Positions 44,970 to 58,900 of a stretch of 64,000 bases of DNA are shown here, piece after piece. How positions within the stretch are numbered: position 1 is the stretch's first letter; the number at the start of each line of letters is the position of its first letter. The notes under the pieces were generated by a model. It worked only from the letters and a program-made list of their open reading frames with translations. It searched no databases and was not told the origin of the DNA. The DNA comes from the human T2T-CHM13v2.0 reference genome, Homo sapiens: NCBI RefSeq assembly GCF_009914755.1, contig NC_060945.1; one strand, 5' to 3'. A program made the position numbers and the translations under genes.

Positions 44970-45540
44970 TGGCAGGAGACTGTTGAAATCCCCATGGATG
45001 ACTGTGGTTTTACTATTTTACCTTTCAGTTTTAATAGGTTTTATATTATGTATGTTGAAGTAATGCTACTGTGTGCATACATATTTATTATTTACATGTC
45101 TTCTTGTTGTATTTTCCCCTTTGTCATTATGAAATGTTATTCTTCATCCCCAGTGATATTTCCTGTTCTGATGTCTACTTTGCTCATCACAGTTTTAGTG
45201 GGTTTTGGTTTGTTTGTTTTTCTTTTTTTGGGTTCAAGTAAGTTTCTTATAAAGAGCATACAGTTGAGTCTGGGTTTTTAATCCTGTCTTATGATCTCTG
45301 CCTTTTAATAAGAATATTTTGTCAATTTACATTTAATGCAATTATCACTATGATTGAGTGTATAACTACTCTCTTGCTATATGTTTTCTAAATGTCTCAT
45401 CATTTTTGTTCATTTTCCCCCTTTTTCTGCCTTCTTTTGAATTGAGAATTTAGTTTTTAAGATCCGCTTTTATCTCCACTATTAATTTTTAACCATTCAT
45501 TTTTATTTTAATTTTAATGATTGATATAGGGCTCATAAAA
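44970..45540 (-). mobile_element. Old L1M fragment (ORF2 5' region); continues after the later insertions to ~50,500
   Basis: gttgaaatcccc..ccctttgtcattatgaaatg..gagcatacagttgagtc..atttacatttaatg. Confidence 0.7.
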
Positions 45541-46912
<1,372 letters not shown>

Positions 46913-46989
46913 CTTTTTTTTTAACTTAAAACACACAACCTTCAAATAATATTTATAATACCTGCTATATAGTTTTAAAATATTGCAAT

Positions 46990-48218
46990 TCTGAAGCCAG
47001 CATTACCATGATACCAAAACCTGGCAACCTATAATCCTGAAATGTAAGACCTCAAACTATAAGAATGCTAGAAGTAATCCTAGGAAACACCATTCTGAAA
47101 ATCAGCCTTGGGCAAGAATTTATGACTAAGTCCTCAAAAGCAATTTCAACAAAACAAAAATTGACAAGTGGGACCTAATTAAACTAAAGAGCTTCTGCAC
47201 AGTAAAAGAAACTATCAACAGAGCAAGCAAACACCCCACAGCATGGGCGAAAATATTCACAAACAATATGTTCAAGAAAAGTCTCATATCTGGAATCTAT
47301 AAGGAACTTAAACAATTAAACAAGCAAAAAATGAATAACTTAATTTTAATAATGAGCAAAACCATGAACAGATACTTCTCAAAAGAAGACATACAAGTGG
47401 CTAACAAACATGAAAAAAAATGCTCGTAATCACTGATCTCAGAGAAATGTAAATCAAAACCAAAATGAGATATCGTCTCACACTAGCCAGAGTGGCTATT
47501 ATTAAAGAACTCCAAAAATGTTTAGTAATATCTTTTATTGAAAAGTTCCTGCCAAGGCTATAGAAAAAGGGGAATGTTTATACACTGTTGGTGGGAATGT
47601 AAGTTAGTTCAGCCACTGAGGAAAGTAGTTTGGAGATTTCTCAAAGAGCTTAAAACAGAACTACCATTTGACTTAATAATCCCATTTCTGGTTATATATC
47701 CATAAGAAAATAAACTATTCTACCAAAAAGACACATAGACTTGTATGTTCATTGTAGCACTGTTCCCAATAGCAAAGATATGGAATCAACCTAAGTGCCC
47801 ATCAGCAGCAGATTGGATAAAGAGAATATGGTACATATACACTATGGAATACTACACAGCCATAATAAAGAACAAAACCGTCTATTTGCAGCAACATGGA
47901 TGCAACTTGCAGCCATTATCTTAAGCGAATTAATGCAGAAACAGAAAATCAAATACCACACGTTCTCACGTATAAATGGGAGTTAAACACAGGGTACTCA
48001 TGGACATAAAAAGGGCAACAATAGAAACTGGACACTGCTAGAGGGAGAGGAAGGGAGGGAGGGAGACCGGGGTTGAAAAACTATCTGTTGGGTACTATGC
48101 TCAGTACCTGGGAGATGGGCTCAACCGTACCACCAACCTCAGCATCACACAATATATCCATGTAACAAACCTGTACATGTATTCCATAAATTTAAAATAA
48201 ATGTTCAAATAAAAAAAC
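46990..48218 (+). mobile_element. 5'-truncated L1PA15/16-like with a non-contiguous 5' fragment
   Basis: gaagccagcattaccatgataccaaaacctggca joined to aaatgtaagacctcaaact...3' UTR and A tail. Confidence 0.92.
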
Positions 48219-48275
48219 AAATATTATAACTGTCTATCCATTTTCTCTCTACAGTTCTTTGCCCTACTGTCATAG

Positions 48276-48708
<433 letters not shown>

Positions 48709-48758
48709 CTATGTATTATTTCTAACATGAGTCATCTCTTTTTAAAAATGTAAATTAT

Positions 48759-49202
48759 CCCAGCACCATTTATTAAATAGGAATCCTTTCCCCCATATCC
48801 AAGGATGATAGACTGGATTAAGAAAATGTGGCACATATACACCATGGAATACTATGCAGCCATAAAAAATGATGAGTTCATGTCCTTTATAGGGACATGG
48901 ATGAAGCTGGAAACCATCATTCTCAGCAAACTATCGCATGGACAAAAAACCAAACACCGCATGTTCTCACTCATAGGTGGGAACTGAACAATGAGAACAC
49001 ATGGACACAGGAAGGGGAACATCACACACTGGGGCCTGTTGTGGGGTGGGGGCAGGGGGGAGGGATAGCATTAGGAGATATACCTAATGTTAAATGACAA
49101 GTTAATGGGTGCAGCACACCAACATGGCACATGTATACATGTGTAACAAACCTGCACGTTGTGCACATGTACCCTAAAACTTAAAGTATAATAATAAAGA
49201 AA
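48759..49202 (+). mobile_element. L1PA4-like 3' end with a short inverted 5' piece
   Basis: Antisense cccagcaccatttattaaatag..tttcccc, then sense ORF2 C-terminus MIDWIKKMWHIYTMEYY; TSD gtaaattatc at 48750 and 49203. Confidence 0.94.
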
Positions 49203-49212
49203 GTAAATTATC

Positions 49213-50520
49213 ATCCTGTTACTTTCTTTTTGTCTACCATTTCTTTCAGTCCCAGTATGCTGTTGATAAAATCTATCAGCTACTTATTGTCAAAATAGCT
49301 TTATTTGCTTTCATTTTTGTAAATTTCTTGATTTTTTTAGAATTTTCACTTGAATGAATTTCCAGGTTGACTTGTTTCTCTTGCTTTAAGTAATAGAATG
49401 TTGCGCTATGGTCTTCTGATATACATGCTTATCATAAAAAGTAGTTATTACATTGGTTCCATTGTCAATAATACATCTCTTTTTCTCCAACTGCTTTTAA
49501 GTTTTCTTTTTAAAAATAGCTTTCTTCAACTTAATCCTTTTATTCATTTTGATTTGAGTTCACTGCACTTCTGTTACCTGTTGGTTTATAGTTTTACCAA
49601 GTTTTAAAAATATCTCAACCACTACCTTTATAAATAGTTTTTGCCCTCCCCCCATTTCCTGGGGTTTCAATTATGTGTGTTGTTAAGCTGCTTAATATTT
49701 TCTAATTCCATAATTTCTGTCTTTTCTTGGTCTGTTTCTATTAACTTTTTGTCTTGTTTTGGATCTTTTTTTGTTTATATGCATTTCTGTTTTTTTTTTT
49801 TAATGTCTAAGGGAAATTCTGAATTGTACGTTGTTAGGATCTGGATTTTGTTTTATTTCTTTAAAGAGAGATGAACTCTGTTTTCAAATGCAGTTAAGTT
49901 ATCTGAGATCAATGGTGATATTTTTTGCTTTTAAATGTGATTATAATGGCTTCAGAGCCTTGACTCTAGAGCTGATTCACCCCCCTACTAAGGTGTGATT
50001 ATTCTGAGAACTCTATCGGATATTATAAGTTTCTCACTCTGGCTGGAGCACATACGGGTTCTTCTAAGGCCCACATGACCTCCAGGAATTTCTCTGGCCC
50101 ACTGCTAATGAAGACTCATTTTTCTATCTCATGGAGTTTTCCTTTATGTAGGCACAGTTCAGTTCTCACTCAAGGACTCCAGAGAACCTCTATGTAAATC
50201 TCCACAGTTCTCTCTCTGTGCAGCCCTCTTCTCTCTGTCAGTCTGCCTTGATGATTCTAGTCACCTTGGCCTCCATAAACTTTGATATCTTGCTCTTAAA
50301 TTCAGCAAATCATGATATTCTCTCTCAGATTGTCTCATACCATGCTGGAGGCTGGAAATCACTTTCAGTAAGTATGCTGGCACAATAAAGGGTATATATT
50401 GTTTTCTTTCTCTCAGAAATCACAGTTTTGTGCTGCCTATTTTTTTCATGCAATAAAAACAGTTTATATACTTGTTCTGGATTTCTAAACGTTTACAAAA
50501 GTTGCATAATTCTGGTAGTC
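49213..50520 (-). mobile_element. Highly degraded L1M remnants
   Basis: T-rich antisense L1-like composition and motifs; probably continues the 44970 fragment. Confidence 0.4.
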
Positions 50521-52434
50521 ATTAATTCTTCATCAGCAACAGTTGAATTCTCAGAGACTTGTTTAACTGCCCAGATGACAATTATCCTATTGCTTTATTC
50601 TTCAAATCAAGTAAGTGAATCAAAGTCAGTCTTAGTGATGATCAGTATCTCTATATTTTTGTCTAAAAAACAGAATGCTATTTTAATCTATAGATTCAAG
50701 TGTCATTTTATCTCTTTGAAGTTTTCAACAAGTAATGTTTCCGGTATTAACGTTCTTTCTTATTCTTCAAAACATCAAGTAGGCAGAGGTTGAGTCTCCA
50801 TTGTCACGCATCTATATTTACCAACGCCGTATTAAGGATTTTTATTATGCCTTTGTCTTTTCATATAATTTACTTTTGTGTGGTTTCTACTAGATATTCA
50901 CTATTTTTCTGGATGTAATTGCTGATGTATAGTGCCTATGTATTTCTTTCTTACATAATTCCTTAGTTGTTCACTTCAATTTCTAAATTGAGATTAACTT
51001 CAATTTGTCCTCTGATTACTTTGGTAATTCTACTTGTGATGCAGTTTTAGCAACTGTATCTTGTTTATGCTTTGTGTTCATTTTCATATTTAGAAAATAG
51101 AACACCAGGCATATATATTTTACTGATTTTTTTCTCTCTGCATTCCTTGTAGAACAGATCCAGGTATTAGCTAAGGGATCCTCTGGGGCAGGAGTGGTGT
51201 GGCATTGCAGTTTGTATCTTTTTTTAAATCCATGATTTTGTAATGGAATACCGTCACACTAATTTTCTTACTCCCTAAGTACTGGGTAATTGTTTCTCCT
51301 CCTATTAGCATTCACTTTTCTAAAGGTAATGTGGCTCGGATTTAGATTCCTAGGTTTCTAAATCTACATTTCTAATCTCTATATTATCACATGCTGGTTA
51401 ATGCTTTTCTCTTTTGCTCCTCTCCACTTCTGTGAGCTTCATTCTGTTTGGAACTCAGAGTATATGAAATGAATAGAGTACATCAGCCTGAATTCTCTTA
51501 CAACTTCAAATTCTTTCCATTTTATGGATAGACAACACTGAGTTACTCTATAGTGACTTTCCTACTTTTATTAATATCATGGTCACATTATTCCATAAAA
51601 TCTTACCATTTTAAGAAAAATAGTTTTTGAATTACATCTCCCAGAGTAGCAGCAATGATATCTAGAAAAAGTGATCATCCTGAACATGTACTGATTATAC
51701 ATGTAAAAGCACTCACTCTGATCACTCCTTGTTTTAGTTGAAATATAACAGTGTTTGGCAGGTTTGCTTCTCCGTTTATGGTTTCAGGCTATAGTTGTTT
51801 CTCTGAAGATGCTTATCTTCTTATTTTTTCTTGTTTTCTTTTTGTTCTCAATGAAATGAATTTTAATAGAAGAATGAAATGTAAAATATTCAAATTCAGT
51901 GTCTTATAGTGTCTATAGTTTTGGGCACTTATTTTAAAACTGAATAATAATTTTCAATGCATATGACTCATTCTCTACCCTCCTTTCTTCCATTCTTCTG
52001 AATGTGTGACAAACAAGTATAGATGCTCTGAATGGTAATAAATTAAAAAATCATTTCATGATGGTCCTATTCCTGTAATTCTATTTTCCAATTGACCTCC
52101 ATTTCCTATCCTAACTGCATAAAAGTGAAATAAATCAGTAACTATATAATTTTAAAAATAAGTGGTCTGAATGATTTTGCTGGGATAAGTAATAAAAAAT
52201 GTTGAAATCTTTGAAGTTTTCAATTTGCTTAAAAAGAAAAAAGTTTCAGGCTTTGGCAAAGCAAACATGCATTTTGCTAAGTAATATTCCCCCTTAATTT
52301 TGAGATTTATTTTGGCTTCATACATTTCTTTCTTATATGAATACCATTAAAGTAAAAGTTATTTCAGAGTTATCAGGTTGAAGACTTTTATAGATGTATG
52401 TGCATGCATATTTATTCTTTCCTAAAAATACAGT

Positions 52435-52820
52435 TGTTTTAGTTTGGGCTGCCAGAGCAAAGTACCATAGACTAGGCACTTTGTAAACTGGATGGGTTTA
52501 TAAACAACAGAAATTTATTTCTCACAGATCTTGAGTTCAGAAATATGAGATTAGAGTGCCAGCATGGATGGATTCTTGTGAGGACCCTCTTCTGACTTGC
52601 AGACTGCCGTCTTTTCTTTATATCCTCACATGATAGAAAAAGAGCAAGAGAGTTCTCTGGGGTCTTTTTTATAAGGGTGCTAATCTCATTCACATGGGCT
52701 CCAGTCTCATGACGTAATTAGCTCCCAAAGACCCCACCTCCTAGTACCATACATTATGGGTTAGGATTTTGACATATGAATTTGGGTGGGGGAGAACAAC
52801 AACCATTTTGTCCATTGCAA
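52435..52820 (-). mobile_element. MLT1A0-like LTR
   Basis: tttgggctgcc..taccatagact..aaacaacagaaatttatttctcacag..tatgaatttgg..tccattgca. Confidence 0.88.
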
Positions 52821-52953
52821 TAGTGAAGGTGAAGGAGATATAAAATGAAATAAGTAAATCTTCCATAAATCTTTCATAAATTATAGTATAAGAAAATATC
52901 ATGAATGGTTCAAATTTGTGATTTTTATCACTACAAAAGAGATTATGGGACTG

Positions 52954-53298
52954 TGATATGATCTGGCTATGTCCCCACCCACATCTCACCTTGAATTGTA
53001 ATAATCCCAAAATGTCAAGGGTGGGGCCAGGTGGAGATAACTGAATCATGGGGGCGGTCTCCCCCATCCTGTTCTCATGGTAATGAATAAGTCTCTGTTG
53101 GTTTCATAAATGGGAGTTCCCCTGCACAAGCTCTTTTTCCTGCTGCCATGTAAGACATGCCTTTGCTCCTCCTTTGCGTTCTGCCATGATTGTGAGGCCT
53201 CCCCAGCCATGTGAAACTGTGAGTCCATTAAATCACTTGTTCTTTATAAATTACCCAGTCAAGTATGTCTTTATTTGCATGAAAACAGACTAATAACA
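52954..53298 (+). mobile_element. THE1B-like solo LTR
   Basis: tgatatg...taataaca with a 5-bp TSD gactg (52949 and 53299). Confidence 0.93.
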
Positions 53299-53537
53299 GA
53301 CTGATTCATCTGACTCAGAAATATTTGAATAGGACATCTAAAAAGGGCCTTGCAAGGTATGTTTTATGTGTATTGATGAAGATGGATGGAGTTTTCATGA
53401 AAGTTACACGCAAATGCACAGACCAGCCAAGGTGAATAATGAAAGAAATAAAAATTAGCAGAGATGGACAGAATAGAAACCAAACACGACTCATTTATTT
53501 ACTTCTCTTTAAAGTGCCAAAGCACATACTTAATTTT

Positions 53538-53906
53538 TTTTTTTTTTTTTGAACTGGAGTCTCACTCTGTCACCCAGGCTGCAGTGCAGTGGCGCAGTCT
53601 AGGCTCACTGCAACCTCCACCTCCCCGGTTCAAGAAATTCTCCTGCCTCAGCCTCCCAAGTAGCTGGGATTCAAGCAATTCTCCTGCCTCAGCCTCCCAA
53701 GTAGCTGGGATTCAAGCAATTCTCCTGCCAAAGCCTCCCAAGTAGCTGGCACCAGCCACCACACCTGGTTAAATTTTTTTGTATTTTTAGTAAAGACGGG
53801 GTTTTACCATATTGGCCATGCTGGTCTTGAACTCCTGACCTTGTGATCTGCCTGCCTTGGCCTCCCGAAGTGTTGGGATTACAGGCATGAGCCACCATGC
53901 CCAACC
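53538..53906 (-). mobile_element. AluS with an internal 41-bp triplication
   Basis: Unit ttcaag(a/c)aattctcctgcc..agcctcccaagtagctgg starts at 53629, 53670 and 53711; TSD acata(c/a)ttaatttt. Confidence 0.96.
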
Positions 53907-53969
53907 ACATAATTAATTTTTATCACAGATTTCACAGATTTTAAACTCCTCAAGTTACATTTCTCAAGT

Positions 53970-54140
53970 AGTAAAATCACTTATTTCTGAGTGCATTTAA
54001 GATGGACCTTGAGTTTATTTAAAATGCAGATTCCCAGGTCCTGTTCTATGCCTGTTAAATCAGAATCTCTGGACTTGGAACTAACTGACAAGTTTGCACT
54101 TTAAGCAAAAATCCTGGTGAATTCTACCGACTAAGGTTTT
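53970..54140 (+). mobile_element. MER5A-like
   Basis: aaaatgcagattcccagg..aatcagaatctctgg. Confidence 0.65.
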
Positions 54141-54899
54141 AAAGCAATTCATCTGACATGTGGAGTACAATCTCTTTAGTTATCTTTAGTGAATATCCTG
54201 CATAATATTCACAAAGATTGTAAGTAAATAGTTAAATGTATCAATGTTAAGACTTCAACAATTTAAGAAATGTTCCCAAATGCAGCTGGTTTTCTTACAA
54301 ACTGGGAGGTATAGTTGAGTGTATGAATTGGAAAATGAGGACTAAAACTCTCTTTAAGGATAATACCAAAGGTAATTTTCCTAATCCATACTTTTTAAAA
54401 TATTGCATTGGCTTTGGTCTTCTTGTTGAACGGTTAATAATTTGACCGATAAATCTATAAATTCTTGTTAAGAGCTTACTATAATCTTAGCTACATAAAG
54501 GTGATACAAAAGGAAGGGAACTATATAGTGCATGAAATTTGACCTAAGAGTTATGAAGAGTTTGAGAAAACAAGAGAAAATATGAAAGATTATCATAGAA
54601 CAGAAGGTAATTGCATGGTATTAATTTTAAATGCTGCCACTATTCACAGGCTAAGGAAGAACAAAGAAGGTTTTTGTTGTAAAGTCAGGTTTCAGGAAGT
54701 GATTTGGCTAAGATCTGGACCTAAAAGCTGGGTAATATCACTTACAGAAAATATCATTACTGAAAATACCGAAACAGTCACTACCCACAATTTAGAAGAA
54801 AAAAACCTAAAGTTATCTTTGTCCCATAATAATCAAGCAGTTGTCATTTAGCTCCTTTCAAGGTAACAAGGGATTTCATAGAATATTATACTTCAATAG

Positions 54900-55160
<261 letters not shown>

Positions 55161-56232
55161 TAGATGATGCTTGGTATTGTTCCCATTTATTTTTAAAACT
55201 TGATATTTCTTCAGAGAATAAACTTTGACTGTTATATGATGACAACATGTCGGGTATCATCAATTTGGATTTTGTTAGATTCATTTTTTTTTTAGAATCC
55301 CAAGATAAATTGCTCAGTTTTTATGCTTAGTTTAAATTTGAGAGCCTTAATATAAACTTGTACAATTTTGTTGTCACTGTATGTTTTGTTATTATTTGGG
55401 AGGTGAGGAGAGTTCATTTGCAGTACAATTTTAGCATATTTTATAATATAGTCAGTCAAAAAAAAAAGCTTCACATGTATATATTTCTTCTTTATTTTAG
55501 ACTGTAGGTTATGTATTTTAAAACCAATGGTTAGATGTCCCGTTATACAGATTTACTTCTTCCTATTTGGTGATTTTTTGATGCATTAAAAAGAGAAAAT
55601 TGTATAAACTTAATGACTATTGACAAGTATTCAGAGAGATAATAAAGATCTATAATTAGCACAATGGAAGGACCTCCAAATCCACACTCTTTTGACGTTT
55701 TCTCACCTAAAAAGTATTTATTGCAGTTTTACTGGTCGATTGGTTGTCATTTTTCTTTCAGTTGTGTTTCTATGCAGAAATTGCATGGAACTGAACAGGA
55801 ATTGCATTAGAATTGAGATTGCTTCCGATATTATTCACTAATGGGCAAATCCATTACTTTAGGTCCATTTCATATACAAGGAAATGCAGTTATTCCAAGG
55901 ACAATTCAGGTAAATAACTACCGCAGCATGGACCCAAGGGTAGCAGTAGAAAGTGGTGCTGCTCTAAGTTTCTCCTCTAGTGGATGCCAAAAGAAAACAT
56001 TCTTATCACTGTGTACATGCTAGGCATAATTGTTTTGGTATGTGTTCAGCACAGGCTTTGGCAAAAGTCTTTCTATGTAAATCCAAACAGTAACTGTTGA
56101 ATTACTCATTTAAACTTACGTGTTTCACAGCACAAGTTGTTAGTGAAAGGTTTCAACTTCTTATTTTAGACATTAAACAGATACCTCAAATGTTTGGGAA
56201 TTCTTCGTTTACATCTCAGCAATGGAAATATT

Positions 56233-56237
<5 letters not shown>

Positions 56238-56266
<29 letters not shown>
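56238..56266. repeat. Isolated poly(T) tract (~29 nt)
   Basis: Read directly; flanked by tagct on both sides. Confidence 0.9.
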
Positions 56267-56267
<1 letters not shown>

Positions 56268-57319
56268 CTAGCCAAGAGTCCCTGTACAGTGAGCAATCTT
56301 TTGGGGTCTTATCTTCTCAGCACTGAAGAATTTCTATGTGGACACTAAAGTAATATTAAAACCACTCACTCTCACTGGTAATTTACAAAATACAGTTTTA
56401 ATAAACAGCAATATCGACAACAACAATAGCAGTGATGAAACCTCTGAGGCAAGAGAGAATGTTAATTTTAGCAAAGAGTGTCTTGTCAACTGGACAAGCC
56501 TTACCAGTTCCTAGCCTCTAGTTTGTATACATTTATGCAATCATTTTGAATATCTACTCCCTGCATGCTGGTAAAAAAAATATGTGTCAGGACATTACAT
56601 GTGAAGGGATAATTCAACATTTAAGTTTTTAAGAGTATGTTTTTTTCAGATCTTGTTCCCCAAAGTTAAACATTGTGGTAGATTGAGACTTTCATTATTA
56701 AATATTCTTACAGAAAACAGGAAATCATAAGGTCTTATTTATAATCATTAAGAGAAACCTGAAGGCCAATTACTCATTGAGTGTCAGGCAACTCAATTAC
56801 ATTATTGTGTAGGACTTTGGTATGATAAAAGAATCCTCAGAACTATATTAAAAAATTGTGAGAAGGAGTTTACACAGGTCAGCCTATAAAACTACTGCAT
56901 AATTTCTATCTGTAAATTAAAATAGAAAAGAAAAAAGATTGAATTAAATATGATAATAGTAAATTTCATTTCTAAGTGTGCCAAACTAGCTGGCCTTTCC
57001 TATTCTTGAATAAAATTATTCTGGTTGCCATAATGCATCCCGAAGCTTACCTAGATGAGGAGAAATTCAAAGTATTCCAACGTCTGGCCTCATGAATAGA
57101 TCAAGCCTTGGGGGAAACCAGTGATCTCTTGGCAACAGGACCAGAAGGTACGTAATCTCTTGTTTTAATTATATTTCATCTGCTGAAAAATTGCTTATCT
57201 CTCTGAGATTTATCTTAGAGATGACTGAAAGTAATTTTGTGACCTTCACATTGTCCATATCTAAGTTAGATAATTGAAAATTTGGTGAGGATCCCAAAAC
57301 CTCAAGTATGTATGGAGAT

Positions 57320-57540
57320 TAAGATTTCCAACTCTGAAGAAAAACTGTCAGGTTCAAATCTTGGTCCTGTTCACCTCTGATGACTAGCTCTGTGGTTACG
57401 AAACCCTCCTGCCTCCCTTTATCCATCTGAAAAAAAAAATTGGTATGACTACATGGTTTGGCAAGTGGGGGCTAACTGAGCTACTAGACAACTTACACCG
57501 TAAGTTGACACAAAGCACATGTACAATAAGCATAATTAAT
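57320..57540 (+). mobile_element. MIR
   Basis: ggttcaaatcttgg..ctagctctgtg..catctg. Confidence 0.5.
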
Positions 57541-57580
57541 ATTACATTATTTTATTTTGTATGAGGTGGCAACAAATAGT

Positions 57581-57810
57581 TATCACATGCTTAATTTTAA
57601 ATAAGCATTAATAGTGGTAGAAATTAAGGAAATATATTAGAGAAAACTCTTAGAAATATGAAGGCTCTATCTAGTTATATTTGTTTCTTATGTATCACAT
57701 CCTCAATTTTAAATAAGAAGCATTAATAATAGTAGAAATTAAGAAAATACATTTATTAGAAAAGTCTATTAGAAATATCAAGGCTTAATCTAATTATATT
57801 TGTTTGTTAA
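57581..57810. repeat. Diverged ~112-bp tandem duplication
   Basis: tatcacat..aattttaaataag..gtagaaattaag..ttagaaatat..ttatatttgttt at 57581 and again at 57693. Confidence 0.88.
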
Positions 57811-57968
57811 CTGAACTTGAGACATATGAATATTCACATACTTTAAGATATTTTATCACCTATTTGAAGAGGGACTCTGGCCACTCTAAGAACAACTCGC
57901 ACATAGCAAAAACTAGTGATTGAGTACATTCTAAAGAGTAACATACATTTTGAAAGTAAGCTGTTGTT

Positions 57969-58284
<316 letters not shown>

Positions 58285-58694
58285 TTATTGAACTTTTTAT
58301 TATTACTTAATTACAAGAAAAAAACAAAGTAAACAACCAAAAAAATTATAGTGTTGAGAAAATGCCAAGGCTGCTCACCCACTTCTTTAACCATTCTTCA
58401 AACTTACCATATATATTTTTTTTGACTAAGTGAGATAAATCACATTGAAATGCATGAAATAATGTCTGGCATCCGGTAGATGCTCAGTGACTTTGTCCCC
58501 TTTAATGGTTTCAGCTGGCTAGGATTTCACACGAAGAACAGTAGCATTTTGGTATCACTAGGCTAACGTCCATTTTCTGTATTGGAGAGTAGAGAAACCC
58601 CTTGGGTGATAGCTTATTTTACCTACTATGGAATTTTTACAGAACAAAGTTAAGGGTCATCTGCTGTGTGGATTCCCACTGGTTACGTGAGACG

Positions 58695-58900
58695 TGGCAG
58701 AACATAATGGTAAGAAGAAGGATTCAGGAGCTGAACCATCTGGGTTCTTCAGGCTATATCACCTACTGCCTATGAGAGGCTTAGCCAGTTAGTTACCTTT
58801 GCGAGCTTCCTCTGGTGAGAATCAGAAGAGTTAATACATAAGGCACCAATTATAATACTAACCCTGGGATGTAAAAAGGCTGAGTTATTATTACTGGTTA
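58695..58900 (+). mobile_element. MIR
   Basis: ataatggtaagaag..ggagctgaaccatctgggttc..ccagttagttacct. Confidence 0.45.

Noticed and set aside
48805-48987. ORF with a recognisable peptide (MWHIYTMEYYAAIK)
   Set aside because: C-terminus of L1 ORF2 in a truncated copy; not a functional gene.
55762-55909. Possible exon (ttttctttcag ... cag/gtaaat), plus other isolated donors near 57,148 and 60,010
   Set aside because: Only moderate splice sites, no recognisable peptide, expected by chance in 64 kb.
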